Positions 62,491-64,000 of a stretch of DNA of 64,000 nt are shown piece by piece. Source of the stretch: Mobula hypostoma (Eukaryota); contig NC_086097.1 of assembly GCF_963921235.1 (NCBI RefSeq), positions 107,138,001 through 107,202,000 of the forward strand, in the 5' to 3' direction. A model generated the notes under the pieces. It ran no database searches. It saw nothing but the letters and a program-made list of their open reading frames with translations, and was not told the origin of the DNA. How positions within the stretch are numbered: position 1 is the first letter of the stretch; each line of letters opens with the position of its first letter. Position numbers and translations under genes: made by a program.

Positions 62491-64000
62491 AGGTTAGTAA
62501 GTTATGGTCATGCTATGTTGGTGGTGGAAGCATGGTGACATCATGGGCTGCCCCCAGCACAGCTTAGTCTGTGGTGGTTGCATCACAGTTTTGATGTTTT
62601 GATGTACATATGACAAATAAAGCTAAGCTTTTATAACAGCATTAGGTGTACCTTCACCTGCAGGACTGAAGCACCACCATCTCAAAGGTATTGGGAATGC
62701 ATAATAAATAGTAGCCTTGCTATTGAAATGGAAATCCAAGTAAATAAATTAAATTTGACTAAGTGAATTTATATTTTCTCATTGTGTTTGTGGAATTTGA
62801 ACGATTCGAGATCATTAGTCCACCTACTCCAGTTATGTACTCAATTTGCCTCTGTTGATTGTCATACTAGTTATCTAATCTCTAGTAGTACTTTCATTTT
62901 CTATAACTTTGTGTCAGAACCTTGAAATTGTTTGTCAACAAAAATGTAATAACAACAATGGTTCTCATATTGTTAACCTGATGTTCCTTGAATGCAATGT
63001 TGTGCATGACTTTTAATAATTCTCAGTATTGTCAGCTGGAACATTTTGTTTTGAACTCTATTATTGAACCACTAGCCTTTGCTGGTAATGGAACAATACC
63101 ATTGGTTTAGGAGGCGGTTATTATTATCCTGCAGATTCCTCGCTTACACTGCTTTTTAGTCAGTCTGCTAAACCTCTGCATATCTACACATTTCAAACCT
63201 CCCAGGATATATATTAATTTTCACAATTTTTTCCATCTATTTCTGGAGTGAGGTTAATCTACTGCGCTCTGTGTTCACCTGACTTGCAGCCTTCACAGGC
63301 ATGCCTGCCACTGTTTGATCATCTTGGTGCTGCCACTTTCTTTCCAGCCCCTGGCTGTTCATTTTTATCAACCTCATGCTTGCATGAACTTTCTCTTGCC
63401 TCAAGGTTCAGTTTGCACAATTGCAGCTCTAGCTTTTACCAAGATTCATTTGCTTCCAGTCTGTGAAATTTTTCTTTCTGCTCATTAGGGTGGCAAATTC
63501 ACTTTTTATTTCTCATTGGATTCTTTTTATTGCATTTTAATTTAACTGATTTAATGCAATGCTTTTAATATTCACAAGTAATATATCGCTTCACTATCCA
63601 CTAGTTTTCACATGTTTCCCCTCACTGATTAACAAAGAGGTGGAGCATGCTGGACAAGTCCAGAGCTCCATATGGTAATGACTTAATAACCTGACCTACA
63701 TACTCCTGGAGAAGTCTACAAAATAAAGTAGACTCCAAAAGGCAAGTGGGCATCAGGAAGTGTAACACTGAGGCCAGCCTCCGAACACCTTGATGATTTT
63801 GACAGCTCACCGTCACCAAAGGCTTTTGAATTGTTTTTACTGTTGATGGTATTTGCCAAAGTACTCACTAAGATATTTCAACAACAATATCCACCAACTT
63901 AATAACTAAAAGGTTATGTTTCAAATAACTGCAAAAAATTTGTCCAAATTTCCAAGGTTTGCATTATGTTTCACAGTTGCTGACCTAAATACAATTTGGA

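Noticed and set aside
63240..63830. Short ORFs near the window end as host exons
   Set aside because: No recognisable domain; frames after the candidate acceptor close quickly.

Overview
Repeat-dense, apparently intronic/intergenic vertebrate DNA. The repeat content (CR1 LINEs with esterase ORF1, V-domain SINEs, Neptune-type Penelope-like elements) suggests a cartilaginous fish; this is inference. I found no credible intact host exon. Most of the window is nested retroelements: at least three CR1 lineages, Rex1/Babar fragments, Penelope-like elements (PLEs) whose pLTRs carry minimal hammerhead ribozyme motifs (about 11 copies, 3-4 with an intact core), a near-complete Hero-type RLE element, Gypsy-type LTR remnants, SINEs and hAT MITEs. 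Most notable: (1) a 165-bp, exactly circularly permuted, frame-preserving piece of the host gene ZFTRAF1/CYHR1 inside a chimeric retroposon; (2) two fold-back (palindromic) PLE insertions with 13-14 bp TSDs and a common terminus; (3) the same TA-flanked palindromic 12-bp insertion at two unrelated sites; (4) an apparent ORF1-module swap between CR1 lineages. Boundaries of old repeats are approximate and were read by eye.
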